From assembly GCA_043228905.1 (NCBI GenBank), contig JBHGNT010000008.1:10912001-10976000 (forward strand): a DNA stretch of 64,000 nt, written 5' to 3'. This DNA comes from Azolla caroliniana. Taxonomy: Eukaryota; Plantae; Polypodiophyta. Of this stretch, positions 11,231-23,199 are shown in pieces. Both the position numbers and the translations under genes were made by a program. The notes beneath the pieces are model-generated. The model searched no databases, had not been told where the DNA came from, and saw only the letters and a program-made list of their open reading frames with translations. How positions within the stretch are numbered: position 1 is the stretch's first letter; every line of letters begins with the position of its first letter.

Positions 11231-14039
11231 GTTCTCCCTTGTGAGCTTTGTGGACTTGGTTCTATCTTGGACTTGCATCTTATTGATTGTGCCTTTTTCG
11301 ACTCTTGTCAATTCGCTTGTGTCTTTGATGACTTTGTTTTTGAGTGCGACAATTGGACTTCTTGCCGATTCGGAGTCGACACGTATATTGTCGGCTTGTT
11401 CGAGTTCGATTGTTTGTCGAATCTCTGATTTGGCTTGGTGGGTCGGTTCTTCTATGACAATTCTATCGTCTTCAAAGGATACCTTCTTACCAACTGTTCT
11501 CAACTGGTTCTACTGAGAGAAGATAGAGTCTTCATTTATAAGATACATCACTGCTCCGGATCAGTTTCCGGTTCTTAGGGTCCCATAGACTGTAGCCAAA
11601 TTCCCCATCGGTTCTATAACCGAGAAATATGCATTTCGTTGCATGGGGTGCCAAGTTTGTCCTTTTATCCTTGGGATGAATGCGTAAGCTTCGCATCCAA
11701 ATATACGGAGCCTATCGTAGGTTGGTTGTTTGCCTGACCATATTGCTTGTGGAACTTCGAGCATCATTGCTATTAACGGCACCAGATTTATTAGGTATAC
11801 TGCCATCTAGAAAGCTTCTACCCAAAATTCCAGCTTCAGTAAGGCTTGTTGGAGCATTGTCGTCACCCTCTCCTAGATTGTTCTGTTGATTCGTTCTGCC
11901 ACTCCATTTTCCATGGGTGTGTAAGGAACGATCCCTTCATATCGGATCCCTTTGTTGGACATATACTATTTGAAGGCTCTGGAGGTGTACTCACCTCCAT
12001 TTTCTGATTTGACTGTCTTCACTCTGTGTCCCAACTGGTTCTCTACTTCAAATGTCCACCGAGTGAAGATCTCGAGCGCTTCATCTTTGGACTTGATCGA
12101 GTAGGCCCAGACCTTTTGTGTATAGTCATCTACAAAGGTGATGAAGTACCGGGAGCCTCCTAGTGATCCTTGTGGCATGGGCCCACATATACCTGTGTGC
12201 ACGAGCTCTAGGCCCTTTCGTATCATTTCGTAGTGGATGTGTGGACTTCGGGTTTGTTTCCCGTATCGGGATGTAGTGTAGCGCCATCAGCCAATCAAGT
12301 CCGGCTTGAGACATGTGACCGAGTTGGTCGTGCCACAAGTTTGGGTCGGTCTTTTTTGGCTACGTTCAAGACCCCTTTTGGATTGATCGCCATTAATGGG
12401 TACAGGTTGTTGTACTTGTGCCCACTCTCGATTTTCAGGTTTCCTCGGCTAATCATCCATGTTGACTCATTAAGAGTGGTTTGATACCCGTCTTCATCTA
12501 ACATGCCATAGAGATCACACTCCTTTTCAGATCAAGTACATGCCGAACTAGGTGCAGGGTTATTGTGTTGCCATTGGGAAATCAGATGGGAACCTCTCTG
12601 GTCCCTAATATTCTGCAGTCCTACTCGTTTCCTAGTCGGACTGTGCCACTGGCATCGGCTTAATAGTTTGAAAACCATTGGATGTTGGGGGTCACATAGA
12701 ATGTGGCACCAGAATCCAGTAACTAGGTGTGTGCATCTTGTGCACAACATAGGACTTCTCTGATCATTGAGTCCTCTAAGGATAGAATTTCTCCTGATCG
12801 GGAGTCGGCAACGTTGATTTGGTCGCCGACTGGACAATGGTTCGAGTTGGGTCGTCCTCGATTCTGCTCGGATCGCCGACTACTCTCTTTCCTCTTGATT
12901 GACCAACAGTCAGAAACATTGTGGCCAACTTTTCTGCAATGTGTACAGAATTCACCTGATCCGCCCGTTCTCGACTTCGACCGCTAACTGTCTCCACTCG
13001 TTTTTTATCGGGTCGTTCTCGTTCAACTCGGTCGGTCAAACGACTCGGTCGAGTGATGGGCTTCTGCCAATTCATCGATGGTAAGTCCCATCGATTTTCG
13101 CCGAATGTCCTCGGTGAGGACTTGGCTGATCGTCTCATCCAGATTTAGGATGCGTCGGCTATTAGCGTATGTCATGCAGAATAGCTCCCAACTTGCCGGC
13201 AAACTTGATAGGAGGGCAAGGGCTTTCACTTCTTCTTCGAAGTTGATCCCTTGTGAAGAGAGTTCTGACAACACCAAGTTGAAGGTGTTGATGTCGGAGG
13301 TAGCCAGATAAGTCTGTCGCATCTTCATGTTGAACAATTGTTTCATGACAATCAATATTGAAGATGAGGACTTTTTCTCGTACATGGCTTGTAGTTTCTC
13401 ATACATGGCTTGAAGTCTCTTTTGCCATGCTAAACTAGACGTTTTCGGCTAGGTGCATTCAAATCGTGGAGCGTGCGATTTCGTCCATTGATCTCCACTC
13501 ATCGACTGACATTGAAACATGGGTTTTGGAGTGTCAAATGGCCTCGACCTGTCTTCGAATAATCAGTATGTCTTGCATCATTTCCTTCCATAGGGTAAAA
13601 TTTTTGCCGTCGAATTTTCGGATTTCAACTCCTGTACCGGATGTTGTTGCCATGATTCTCTCTGGTCTTTTCTTTCAACCTTTTCTGTTGTCTATTGCCG
13701 CTGAGCAGCAGATCGCTCTAATACCAATTGAAGCATAAGTGTATGTGGAAATGTATGAGGATCTGTCTTAGTTTGTACTTAGAAAACAACACAAAAAGAG
13801 AAGCAAAGATATACACAGATTGAAGCTTTAATGGAAGATCTATTACGTTGTTTGTGTGTCTCTCTTAGAGACTCGATATATGATATATGATCAAGAAGAT
13901 TGTCTCTTTACAACGTTAGGTTATTGCTTGTATATACTAAGCCCTAACTATGTGGATGAGTTCACACTAGGATACAAAGTGGAAGGAGTCGGCCTTTTAT
14001 GCCAACAACCCCTTCGTTGTTGCCACCTCAAGCAAGACA
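11231..14039 (-). mobile_element. Ty1/Copia element C, 5' half (LTR, PBS, gag, PR, integrase), cut off at element B
   Basis: gag ALLSSLPASWE (13023-13406); integrase ELVHTGICGPM..YFITFVDD..SENGGEY (11966-12226); PBS TGGTATTAGAGC at 13715-13726 on the minus strand; LTR about 13729-14039. Confidence 0.88.
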
Positions 14040-14435
14040 ACTGTTGTCATCTTCGCGCCCGGTGCAAAGGTCTCATCATAATCAATTTCGTGCTATTGTG
14101 CGTAGCCTTTGGCCACTAACTAGGCCTTGTACTAGTTGATGAAACCGTCGATGTTGTATTTGACTTTGTATATGCATTGTCAACCGATCAGCTTCACTCA
14201 TCTTGGTACTTCTACTAAATCCCATGTCTCATTCTTCATCAGTGCGTGCATCTCTTCCGCCATGACCGTCTGCCAGTTAGGATCCCTAACCATTTGTGTA
14301 GCTCTCCGACTCATGCACGCTACCATCTATGGCATGTACACATAATGTTGCACCGTATACTCATTGTACCCATACCTCTTTATGGGGTTATTTTGGCAGG
14401 TGGATTGGCACAATTCCTGATTCGCCGATTTCGCG
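14040..14435 (-). mobile_element. Copia RT N-terminal fragment (host of element C)
   Basis: Minus strand reads YKA*LVAKGYAQ*HEIDYDETFAP.AKMT. Confidence 0.8.
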
Positions 14436-14698
14436 GCTAATTAGCTACTCAGTTAAAGTATGGTAGTAGCTAATTAGCTACCACTTAGCTACTTAGCTAC
14501 TCAATTAAACTATGGTAGTAGCTAAGTAGCTACCAGTTAGCTAATTAGGTACTGTACTAAACTATGGTAGTAGCTAATTGGCTACCGCTTAGCTAATTAG
14601 CTACTCAACTAAAGTATGGTAGTAGCTAATTAGCTACCACTTAGCTAATTAACTACATATTAGCTAATTAGCTACTACACTACAACCATAACAGCTAA
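14435..14698. repeat. Array of palindromic AGCTAATTAGCT-containing units, continuing at 20037-20120 after element D
   Basis: Repeated AAAGTATGGTAGTAGCTAATTAGCTACCACTTAGCT units. Confidence 0.85.
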
Positions 14699-15383
14699 TG
14701 TTGGGAGACAGGTCCCTCCGGATGGGAAGGGAGAAGAACAGTGCTGATGAGCGAGTACCCGACTACGGACAGCCGGATGGTGCAGACTCGGTGAGAACCG
14801 GATGAGGAGTACCCGGCTACGGACAGCCGGATGGTGCAGACCCGGTGAGAACCGAATGAGGAGTACCCGGCTACGGACAACCGGATGGTGCAGACCTGGT
14901 GAGAACCGGATGAGGAGAACCCGGCTACGGACAACCGGATGGTGCAGACCCGGTGAGAACCGGATGGCTATATTTGTAAATAGCCGAAAAGTCATATTAG
15001 TATAAATATGACTTAGGGCAAACTTTTGTAGTTGTTGTTGTCATTCTTGTTGGTGCAAGGAGAGAGAGAGAGCGCGTAACTGTGTACAGAGAGAGAGAGA
15101 GAGAGAGAAAGAGGTTGTTGCCTCTGTTGTAACCCCCGCCTGTGGCGAAGATCGTGAGCACGAGGTCGTTGCCTCTGTGAGCTCACCATTGTAATTACTG
15201 TGACATAGTGATAGTTAGCAGTCAGTGGACTGCCGTGGTTTTTCCCTCTCAGGGTTTTCCACGTTAAACATCCTGTGTACTCTTCTCTCCATTGTGTCGT
15301 GCTTGCATTTCCCGTTTTCTGTGTATGATTCTAAGCTCGGTTGTGGCCGAGCGTTGCGTATAGGGAGCGTAGAGTCCCTGTCA
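14699..15383 (+). repeat. 5' LTR of element D, with four 54-bp tandem units
   Basis: Near-identical to 19435-20036; TATAAATA at about 15001. Confidence 0.95.
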
Positions 15384-15385
15384 AG

Positions 15386-15397
15386 TGGTATCAGAGC
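15386..15397 (+). promoter_or_regulatory. PBS for initiator tRNA-Met, element D
   Basis: TGGTATCAGAGC, 2 nt after the LTR. Confidence 0.95.
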
Positions 15398-15412
15398 GAA
15401 ACGACACAGAAG

Positions 15413-18400
15413 ATGGATGATTCATTAGGAGGCATGTTCAAGCTCACCGGCTCCAACTATTCGGTGTGGAAGTCGAAGATGAGGGACATGCTCGTGGTTA
15501 AAGATCTTTAGTTGCCGGTTCAGTTCGGGGACAAGAGACCGGACAAAATCGACGCCACGATATGGGAGGTGATGCACATGAAGACAACGGAGTTCATACG
15601 GTGCTTCATCGACATGAGCCTATACAACAACTTCAATGAAGAGAGCAAGGCTCATGAGCTCTAGGAGAAGATCGGCATTATGTTTCAAAACAAAAATGTT
15701 GTAAATCAGGTTTCGGTATTCCGGAAGCTAGTAAGACTCCGGTACCAAGATGGCTCCAACATGGCGGAGCACATGAATGCCTTCCAGGGGTTGATCCACC
15801 AGGCAACATCATTGGAAGTACCTCTCGCCGATGAGGTACTAGCGCTACTCCTGCTCGGTTCCCTCCCGGATAGCTGGGAGACGTTGGTTGTCACTTTGGG
15901 CAACGCCGGGCCGGAAGGGAAACAGTTATCCCTAGCAAGAGTAAAGTCGAGCTTGCTAGATGAGGAGGCGCGTCGGAAAGATAAGGATACGAGCTCCGAC
16001 TCCAAAGCGCTCCTTACCGAATCGGAACGCGGAAGACAAAGGAACCGTAGCCCCCAGAACCGGGAAAAGTCGGGGACACAATCAAAGTCAAGGGGGAGGC
16101 CTACTTGCTTTTATTGCGGCAAGCCGGGACACTTCCAGAAGAACTGTTAGCATTTCCGCAAAGACAAGGAAAACGACGGCACCGATTCGAAGCGGACACC
16201 AGACCGGAACGGTAAAGACTGTAGGGGACCGGATCGGAAGGGAACGACGGCAATCGCGGCAAGTGAAGAAGAGTTGATGCTCATCACCGAGGAGAGTGAG
16301 ATAAACCTTGCCGGTGACGAGATGACCTGGGTGGTCGACTCCGGAGCATCGTTCCACCTTACCCCGAACCGGAAATGCTTCTCATCCTACTCAGCCGGTG
16401 ATCACGGCTGTGTCCAGATGGGGAATGAAGGTACATGCGGAATTGTCGGCATAGGAGACGTGTGGATGACAACACCAACCAGATGCAAGATGCTGCTAAA
16501 GGATGTCCGACACATTCCGGAGGTTCGTCTGAACCTGATATCAGCTGTTCGGCTAGATGATGAAGGCTACACGGGTAGCATCCGGGACGGTGTTATGAAG
16601 TTCAGCAACGGGAGCCTGATTGTGGCTCGGGCCCGGAAGGTCAACACACTGTACCTGATGAATGCCCGGTTATGTCCGGAGGAAGTGAACGTGGCATCCG
16701 ACACTACCGGTGAGCTGTGGCACAAGAGGCTGTGTCACATGAGCGAGAAGGGGATGAAGAGGCTTGCAGAAGACAACCTCATTCCAGTGAAGAACGTGCA
16801 CTTGGAGAAGTGCACTGATTGTCTGGCCGGTAAGCAAAACCGGACCCCCTTCCGACCAAGACCACCGATGAGATGTAATGCACCACTGGAGTTGGTGCAT
16901 ACTGATGTGTGTCAAGTGGACACGAAGTCACATGCAGGATCGCAGTACTTCGTGACGTTCATAGATGACCACAGCCGGAAGCTGTGGGCCACATCGTTGA
17001 AGACGAAGGATCAGGTGTTATCTATCTTCAAAGAGCTCCACGCGAGAGTGGAAAGAGAAACCGGCCGGAAGCTGAAGGCGGTTCGAGCAGATAACGGAGG
17101 TGAATACCGGGGGCAGTTCGAGGAGTACTACCGCTCAAAGGGAATTCGGCTCGAATTTACCGTGCCGAAGACGCCGGAACTAAACGGGCTGGCCGAGAGG
17201 ATGAACCGGACCATAATGGAGAGGGTCCGGAGTATGCTAGCGCATGCAAAACTACCCAAGAAGTTTTTGGCTGAGGCATTGTCGACGGCGAAATATGTGA
17301 TAAACAGATCACCCTCAGTACCCTTGGACGGAGACATGCCACAGAGAGTATGGACTGGTAAGGAAGTGTCCTACCGGCATTTGAAGGTGTTCGAGTGTCT
17401 TGCGTACGTGCATGTAGCTAAGGACCGGAGAGGAAAGTTACAGCGACGATGAGTTCGGCTACCGAGTGTGGGACCCGGTCAACAAGAAGGTATTCCGGAG
17501 TCAAGATATTATCTTCATGGAGGACAAGACGCTCGCCGACTGGGAGTCGGAGAAGAAGATAATCAACTTCGAGTCGACCGGTAAGGATCAATTCTGCAAG
17601 GAGCAGACCCAACCGGCAAGAGACCGGTTAGCACTCGAGGAACTAGCCGGTTACGGTGAGGATACCGGACCGGCAGAAGAAGAAGTAGAGGAAGTTGAAA
17701 CCGGAACCGGCCAAGACCCCGAATCGGATTCGGATGAAGAGCAAATGGAGGAGCCGGCTACCGAAGCCCAAAGACGGAGATATCCTCTCAAAGAGAGGAG
17801 GGCCCCTTGGAGATTTCCGGATGCAGAGCATGTGCTGTTGACCGATGAGGGGGAGCCGGAAAGCTTCGAAGAAGCAAATGATGACACCCACAGCCGAAAA
17901 TGGTTAAGTGCCATGCAGGATGAGATGGATTCCCTGCATGAGAACCATACATACGAATTAGTGGAGTTGCCGAAAGGAAGATGGGCACTCCGGAACAAGT
18001 GGGTGTACAAGTTGAAACCGGGAGATGCTGGCAACCCCCCGAGATACAAAGCCAGGATTGTGGTGAAGGGGTTCCAGTAGAAGAAGGGCGTGGACTTCGA
18101 CGAGATATTTGCCCCGGTAGTAAAGATGGCCTCCATCCGGACGGTGCTGAGTATAGCGGCAAGCATGGACCTCGAGGTAGAACAGTTGGACGTGAAGACG
18201 ACATTCCTTCACGGCGACCTCGAAGAGGAGATCTACATGTAGCAACCGGAAGGATTCGTGGAGAAAGGGAAGGAGCACTTGGTATGCCGGTTGAAGAAGA
18301 GCCTGTACGGACTGAAACAGGCTCCCCGGCAATGGTACTGGAAGTTCGACTCCTTCATGACCGATCAAGGGTACCACAAGACGCAGGCCGATCACTGCGT

Positions 18401-19423
18401 GTTCGTGAAGAAGTTCGAAGGAGGCGACTTCCTGATACTCCTTCTGTTCGTGGACGACATGTTGATTGTCGGACGGGACCAAGCCAAAATACGGATGCTG
18501 AAGAAGGCTCTCAACCGGACCTTCTCAATGAAAGACCTGGGTCCGGCAAGACAGATGTTGGGGATGCATATTATCCGGAACCGGTCAACGAAGCAATTGT
18601 GGCTGTCACAGGAGAAGTACGTGACAAAGGTGCTTCACCGGTTCAACATGTCAGATGCGAAACCGGTCGGATCGACACTCCCGGTAAACTGCAGGTTATC
18701 CGGTAAGCAAAGTCCGAAGACGAAAGCAGAGAATGCTGATATGACGAAGGTTCCATATGCTTCTACCGTCGGGAGCTTAATGTATGCAATGGTGTGTACC
18801 CGACCAGATATAGGATACGCCGTCAGAGTGGTGAGCCGGTTCATGAGCAATCCCGGCAAGGAGCACTGGAATGTGGTCAAATGGATACTCCGGTACTTGA
18901 AGAGCACTTCGAATATGTGTCTCCGATTCGGCTCTGGAAAGCCCCAACTTGACGGTTTTACCAATTCGGACATGTCGGCTGATGTGGATACCAGCCGGTC
19001 TACATCCGGATATGTAATGACATATGCAGGGAGAGCTGTTTCGTGGCAGTCGAGGCTGCAGAAGACGGTTGCGTTGTCAACCACGGAGGCGGAGTACATG
19101 GCGGCTGTGGAAGTCGGCAAGGAAATGTTATGGATGAAGGACTTCATCGGAGAGCTCGGTATCCGGCAAGATGAATACCGGCTCTATTGCGACAGTCAAA
19201 GTGCCATCCACCTTGCTAAGAATGCGGCCTACCATTCCTAGACGAAGCATATTCAGCGCAGGTATCACTTTATCCAGGAAAGAGTAGATGACTAGGAGTT
19301 CGCGCTGAAAAAGATCCACACGGCCGAGAACGGGTCAGATATGTTGACCAAAGTGTTGATACCCGACAAGCTAGATGCATACCAAAAGAGGATCGGACTA
19401 GTAAGACACCCCATGCCGGAGTG
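15413..19423 (+). pseudogene. pol: Copia gag-pol of element D, with premature stops and a small deletion near 17440
   Basis: CFYCGKPGHFQKNC; WVVDSGASFH; LWHKRLCHMSE; LVHTDVC..DNGGEY..NGLAER; YKARIVVKG; LFVDDM; SSTTEAEY-type RNase H. Confidence 0.95.
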
Positions 19424-19434
19424 AAGGGGGAGTT

Positions 19435-20036
19435 TGTTGGGAGACAGGTCCCTCCAGATGGGAAGGGAGAAGAACAGTGCTGATGAGCGAGTACCCAGCT
19501 ACGGACAACCGGATGAGGAGTACCCGGCTACGGACAACCGGATGGTGCAGACCCGGTGAGAACCGGATGAGGAGAACCCGGCTACGGACAGCCGGATGGT
19601 GCAGACCCGGTGAGAACCGAATGGCTATATTTGTAAATAGCCGAAAAGTCATATTAGTATAAATATAACTTAGGGCAAACTTTTGTAGTTGTTGTTGTCA
19701 TTCTTGTTGGTGCAAGGAGAGAGAGAGAGCGCATAACTGTGTACAGAGAGAGAGAGAGAGAAAGAGGTTGTTGCCTCTGTTGTAACCGCCGCTTGTGGCG
19801 AAGATCGTGAGCACGAGGTCGTTGCCACTGTGAGCTCACCGTTGTAATTACTGTGACATAGTGATAGTTAGCAGTCAGTGGACTGTCGTGGTTTTTCCCT
19901 CTCAAGGTTTTCCACGTTAAACATCCTGTGTACTCTTCTCTCCATTGTGTCGTGCTTGCATTTCCCGTTTTCTGTGTATGATTCTAAGCTCGGTTGTGGC
20001 CGAGCGTTGCGTATAGGGAGCGTAGAGTCCCTGTCA
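19435..20036 (+). repeat. 3' LTR of element D
   Basis: Follows the PPT GAAGGGGGAG; ends CTGTCA. Confidence 0.95.
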
Positions 20037-20987
20037 CCTAAATAGTTTCCAAACTTTATACAACTTACCTAATTAGCAAAGATGTAACTAATTAACTACA
20101 CTATGGTCACAAGTAGCAATTTTACCTGTTAGTTTTCTCCACTCATCTGGGAGAGCTGTACTGCAATCCCCCAAAAAAATACAGCAATGCGATAGACATA
20201 TTGAAAACAAACGATATGGTATGCATGCTAGCATGGTTGTAGGTGAAGCAACAGAGTAGCAGATTTGTCCTGTACACGTAATCCGCAAGCGATGCAACGT
20301 GCTTGAACAGTCAATATATCGTTTCCCGGTTCTCCTTCATTTGGTAAGGGAGCAAGAATGTTCAGGTCCAATTCTTGTCTACTCCTTACCATCCCCTGCA
20401 CAAAATGTAGTTGCTTCTTAAGGCAGCTAACTACCTGTTCTTGACGGGAGTATTGTTCCTTCAACGCAACTGAGAAATCTACCGATTAATTATTCCTTAG
20501 TGAGGAAGATACAACAACAAGAAACAAGAATCATTAACTTACTTGTAGCTTGTCCAAATTGTAATCAACGACAGTATTTACAGCCTCGAAGGTCCAGGTT
20601 CATTGAAAGAACCTTAATCTCTATCTGCAGTTGAATTTTCCGTTGGGGATCCAGTGACCCCTTAATTTCAAGCTCATGTTGAGCAAGTTGTTCCAGATAA
20701 TGCCTCACTAGCACATTTTCATGTGCAAGTTATTTATAACATATTACGTACTAGCAAAGCAATAGGTACCTGAATCTTATTTCTGATTGTTGTACCTGCC
20801 AAAGTGACTTTGCTCTCCATCGCAACAACCAATGTTGCTTTCTCTAAATCAATCTTAAAAAAACTCCAATGTCTCATAGGAATCATGGACATTTTTTAGC
20901 ATATAGCTAATCAATATCTCACCTATATCATCAACATTGGCTTTCATTGTGTGTCGTTGTGGCGTATACTTGCAGGTTTGTTGGGAG

Positions 20988-21812
20988 CATGGTTGTTTAC
21001 GTACCTGTATTTAACGTTTAAATACGTATAGTACCTCATCATTTGTATAGTACGTACTATACCTCAATGTTGTTCAGTCAAATATCATGTACATTTGTCC
21101 AATACGATATTTAACATATTTATAAAAAAAATAGGTATAATACGTATTTATAAAGAAAATGTAAGTAAAACCCTAACAAAAAGCAAAAGAAAAAAAAGAT
21201 TTTAGTGAAAAAGAAACCAAAGGAAGGAAGAAAGAAGAATAGAAGAGACGACGATGAAGAAGATGAAGAAGAAGAAGAAGAGAGAAAAGAAGACATAAAC
21301 CTGTCTTGAGTGTGATAATCGCAGTAGATAGAAGAAGAAGAAGAAAATGAAGAAAAGAGAAACCTATCATGAGTGTGATAATCGTAGACGATTCCTTAAT
21401 CTATGAAGGCATAATTGTAAATAATTACAATTTGAAGTAGAACATCATGATACACACTTACACTGATTTATAGAATAAGGGAATGTTGACATCCATATTA
21501 CTACAAGTATTTTAGGATGTGAAATGTTCAAATGTCTTATATGCATTTTAGGATGTAGAACTGTATTGTACATCACAAAATTGTGTAAACGTAGATGTTT
21601 TTTACAATATTATAGATTTTTTTTAGAAAGGTAAATAATTTTCAAATTCTAGAAGTATTTAACGTACTATATGTAAAATACGTATTGTATAAGTATTTAA
21701 CATATTAAGAAAACGTATTTAACATATTTTTTAATTAGGAGGTACTATACAGGTATTAATACGTTAAATACGTATGGTATCCGTACCGTACCTAACGTAC
21801 CTAACAACCTTG
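20988..21812. mobile_element. hAT-type MITE, copy 1
   Basis: Termini CATGGTTGTT...AACAACCTTG; perfect 8-bp TSD GTTGGGAG (20980-20987 and 21813-21820); inverted homologue at 44999-45789. Confidence 0.92.
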
Positions 21813-22489
21813 GTTGGGAGTCCACAGTTGCATCATCAACTGCCATGCTCCAAAATCTTGCGATTTTTTGTTGCAAGCTCTTCATCTTTTGGCATCTTTC
21901 TACCGATGCCTCACCATAAATTTCCCAAGCTGCCCTGTACATTTCAGGGTCATGAGATTCCTTCATTGTTTTGCAATACTCGTATGCAAAAGTTCTGGCA
22001 AATGAAATGGACAACTCGTTGTTGATCGGGATCTCTTGATGTACTTTCTGGTGCAATCTCATGCAGTCGTCCTACACGTCCGGTCATACATGCTTGAGCT
22101 TGACCTTGCCTTTCACTCTAGGAACTTTATATACTGGCATCGAGTCTACATGAATAATCAATCTATCTATTAGAACAACAGGGTCAATACCCTCCAGCGA
22201 CAGACCATATATGTTGTGAGTGCTCCTTTGTCTCGCAAAATTTTGCGAAGTTCAACACTTTAAGATAGGGAGGAATGAGCCACCTGAAATAGAAAATCAA
22301 TAATCAGAATTGGTGCAAAAATAGAATTTTTAATGTGAATTTGTAGCAAATTTACAACATTGTGAGACTGTAATCTGAAATTTGTAATCTATCCTTTTCA
22401 ACAAGTATAAAAAATCAGAAACCCTAATCAGAATTTGTCATGAGAATTGGTGCAAAATTACAACACATTTCGAGAGTAATCAAAAATTT

Positions 22490-22570
22490 GTAATAAAAAA
22501 TTTGTAATTAGAAATTTGTAATTAGAAATTTGTAACCAGAAATTTGTAATCTGAAATTTGTAATCAGAAA
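22490..22570. repeat. Tandem 14-mer (AGAAATTTGTAATT)n
   Basis: About 5 imperfect copies. Confidence 0.8.
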
Positions 22571-23199
22571 CCCTAAACCACTTAAAGAAAACACAAACCC
22601 TAATCATCACTAAAGGCCAAAATCAACCGTAATACGAAATTCTGTCAATCAGAAACACACTTGTTGCTACACCCCGATCTTCGAGACATCCTAGTTTGGG
22701 ACTCCAATGACTTCACCCTATTCGATTTTTGGGAAAGATGAATAGGCACCAAAGTTACAGACAGTTATCAGAAAGGGAAAAAAAAAGTTTTTTTAATATG
22801 TAATTGATACATACCTGGACGAGGATCGAACCGGTCATGTGTTGTAGCTCTGAAGGTGCAATGTCGATCTTAGATTTTTTGTGTTGCGGCAGAAGCTTTG
22901 TCTGCATTTGTGCTCAGAGTACTCCATCTGTTTGGAGTTCGAACTCAAACTCAGGATTATTAGGAATTTGATGACATTCAAGTCGACCTTAGATAATGCC
23001 ACTATTCCCCAAGTTCCACTATGTCAGAAACCAAAGTTCAAATATTTGAGTATTCTCATAAATAAAATGACATGTATTTAACTAATAAAACATAAAATTT
23101 CGCAAACCATCCTTATGATTTGCCCACAAAAAACTAGCTAAACAAATAGCTAATTAGTTGTGGCCATTTTATTAGCTAATTAGCTATAATAGTGTTTCC

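Larger units (their letters stand above)
14699..20036 (+). mobile_element. Structurally complete Ty1/Copia element D (Tnt1/Tork-like)
   Basis: LTRs 14699-15383 and 19435-20036 (TG..CA); PBS TGGTATCAGAGC 15386-15397; PPT 19419-19432; TSD GCTAA/CCTAA with 1 mismatch. Confidence 0.96.
20130..22880 (-). pseudogene. Degraded, probably spliced gene with a C-terminal RING-like motif, interrupted by a MITE
   Basis: Minus-strand fragments read ...CIAC...LQPC*HAYHIVC...GDC and RLHQKVHQEIP...KIARFW. Splice-like sites: CAG|GTATG near 22815, TTTCAG|GT near 22284, GTAAG near 20540. Confidence 0.45.

Noticed and set aside
14670-14690. CACTA transposon terminus (CACTACAA)
   Set aside because: Recurs inside the repeat units (27190, 27275); no matching opposite TIR or 3-bp TSD found.
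14750-14965. CRISPR-like array
   Set aside because: Contiguous tandem units without unique spacers, inside a Copia LTR.
22410-22610. Interstitial telomere (AAACCCTA)
   Set aside because: Only scattered single motifs, no tandem array.
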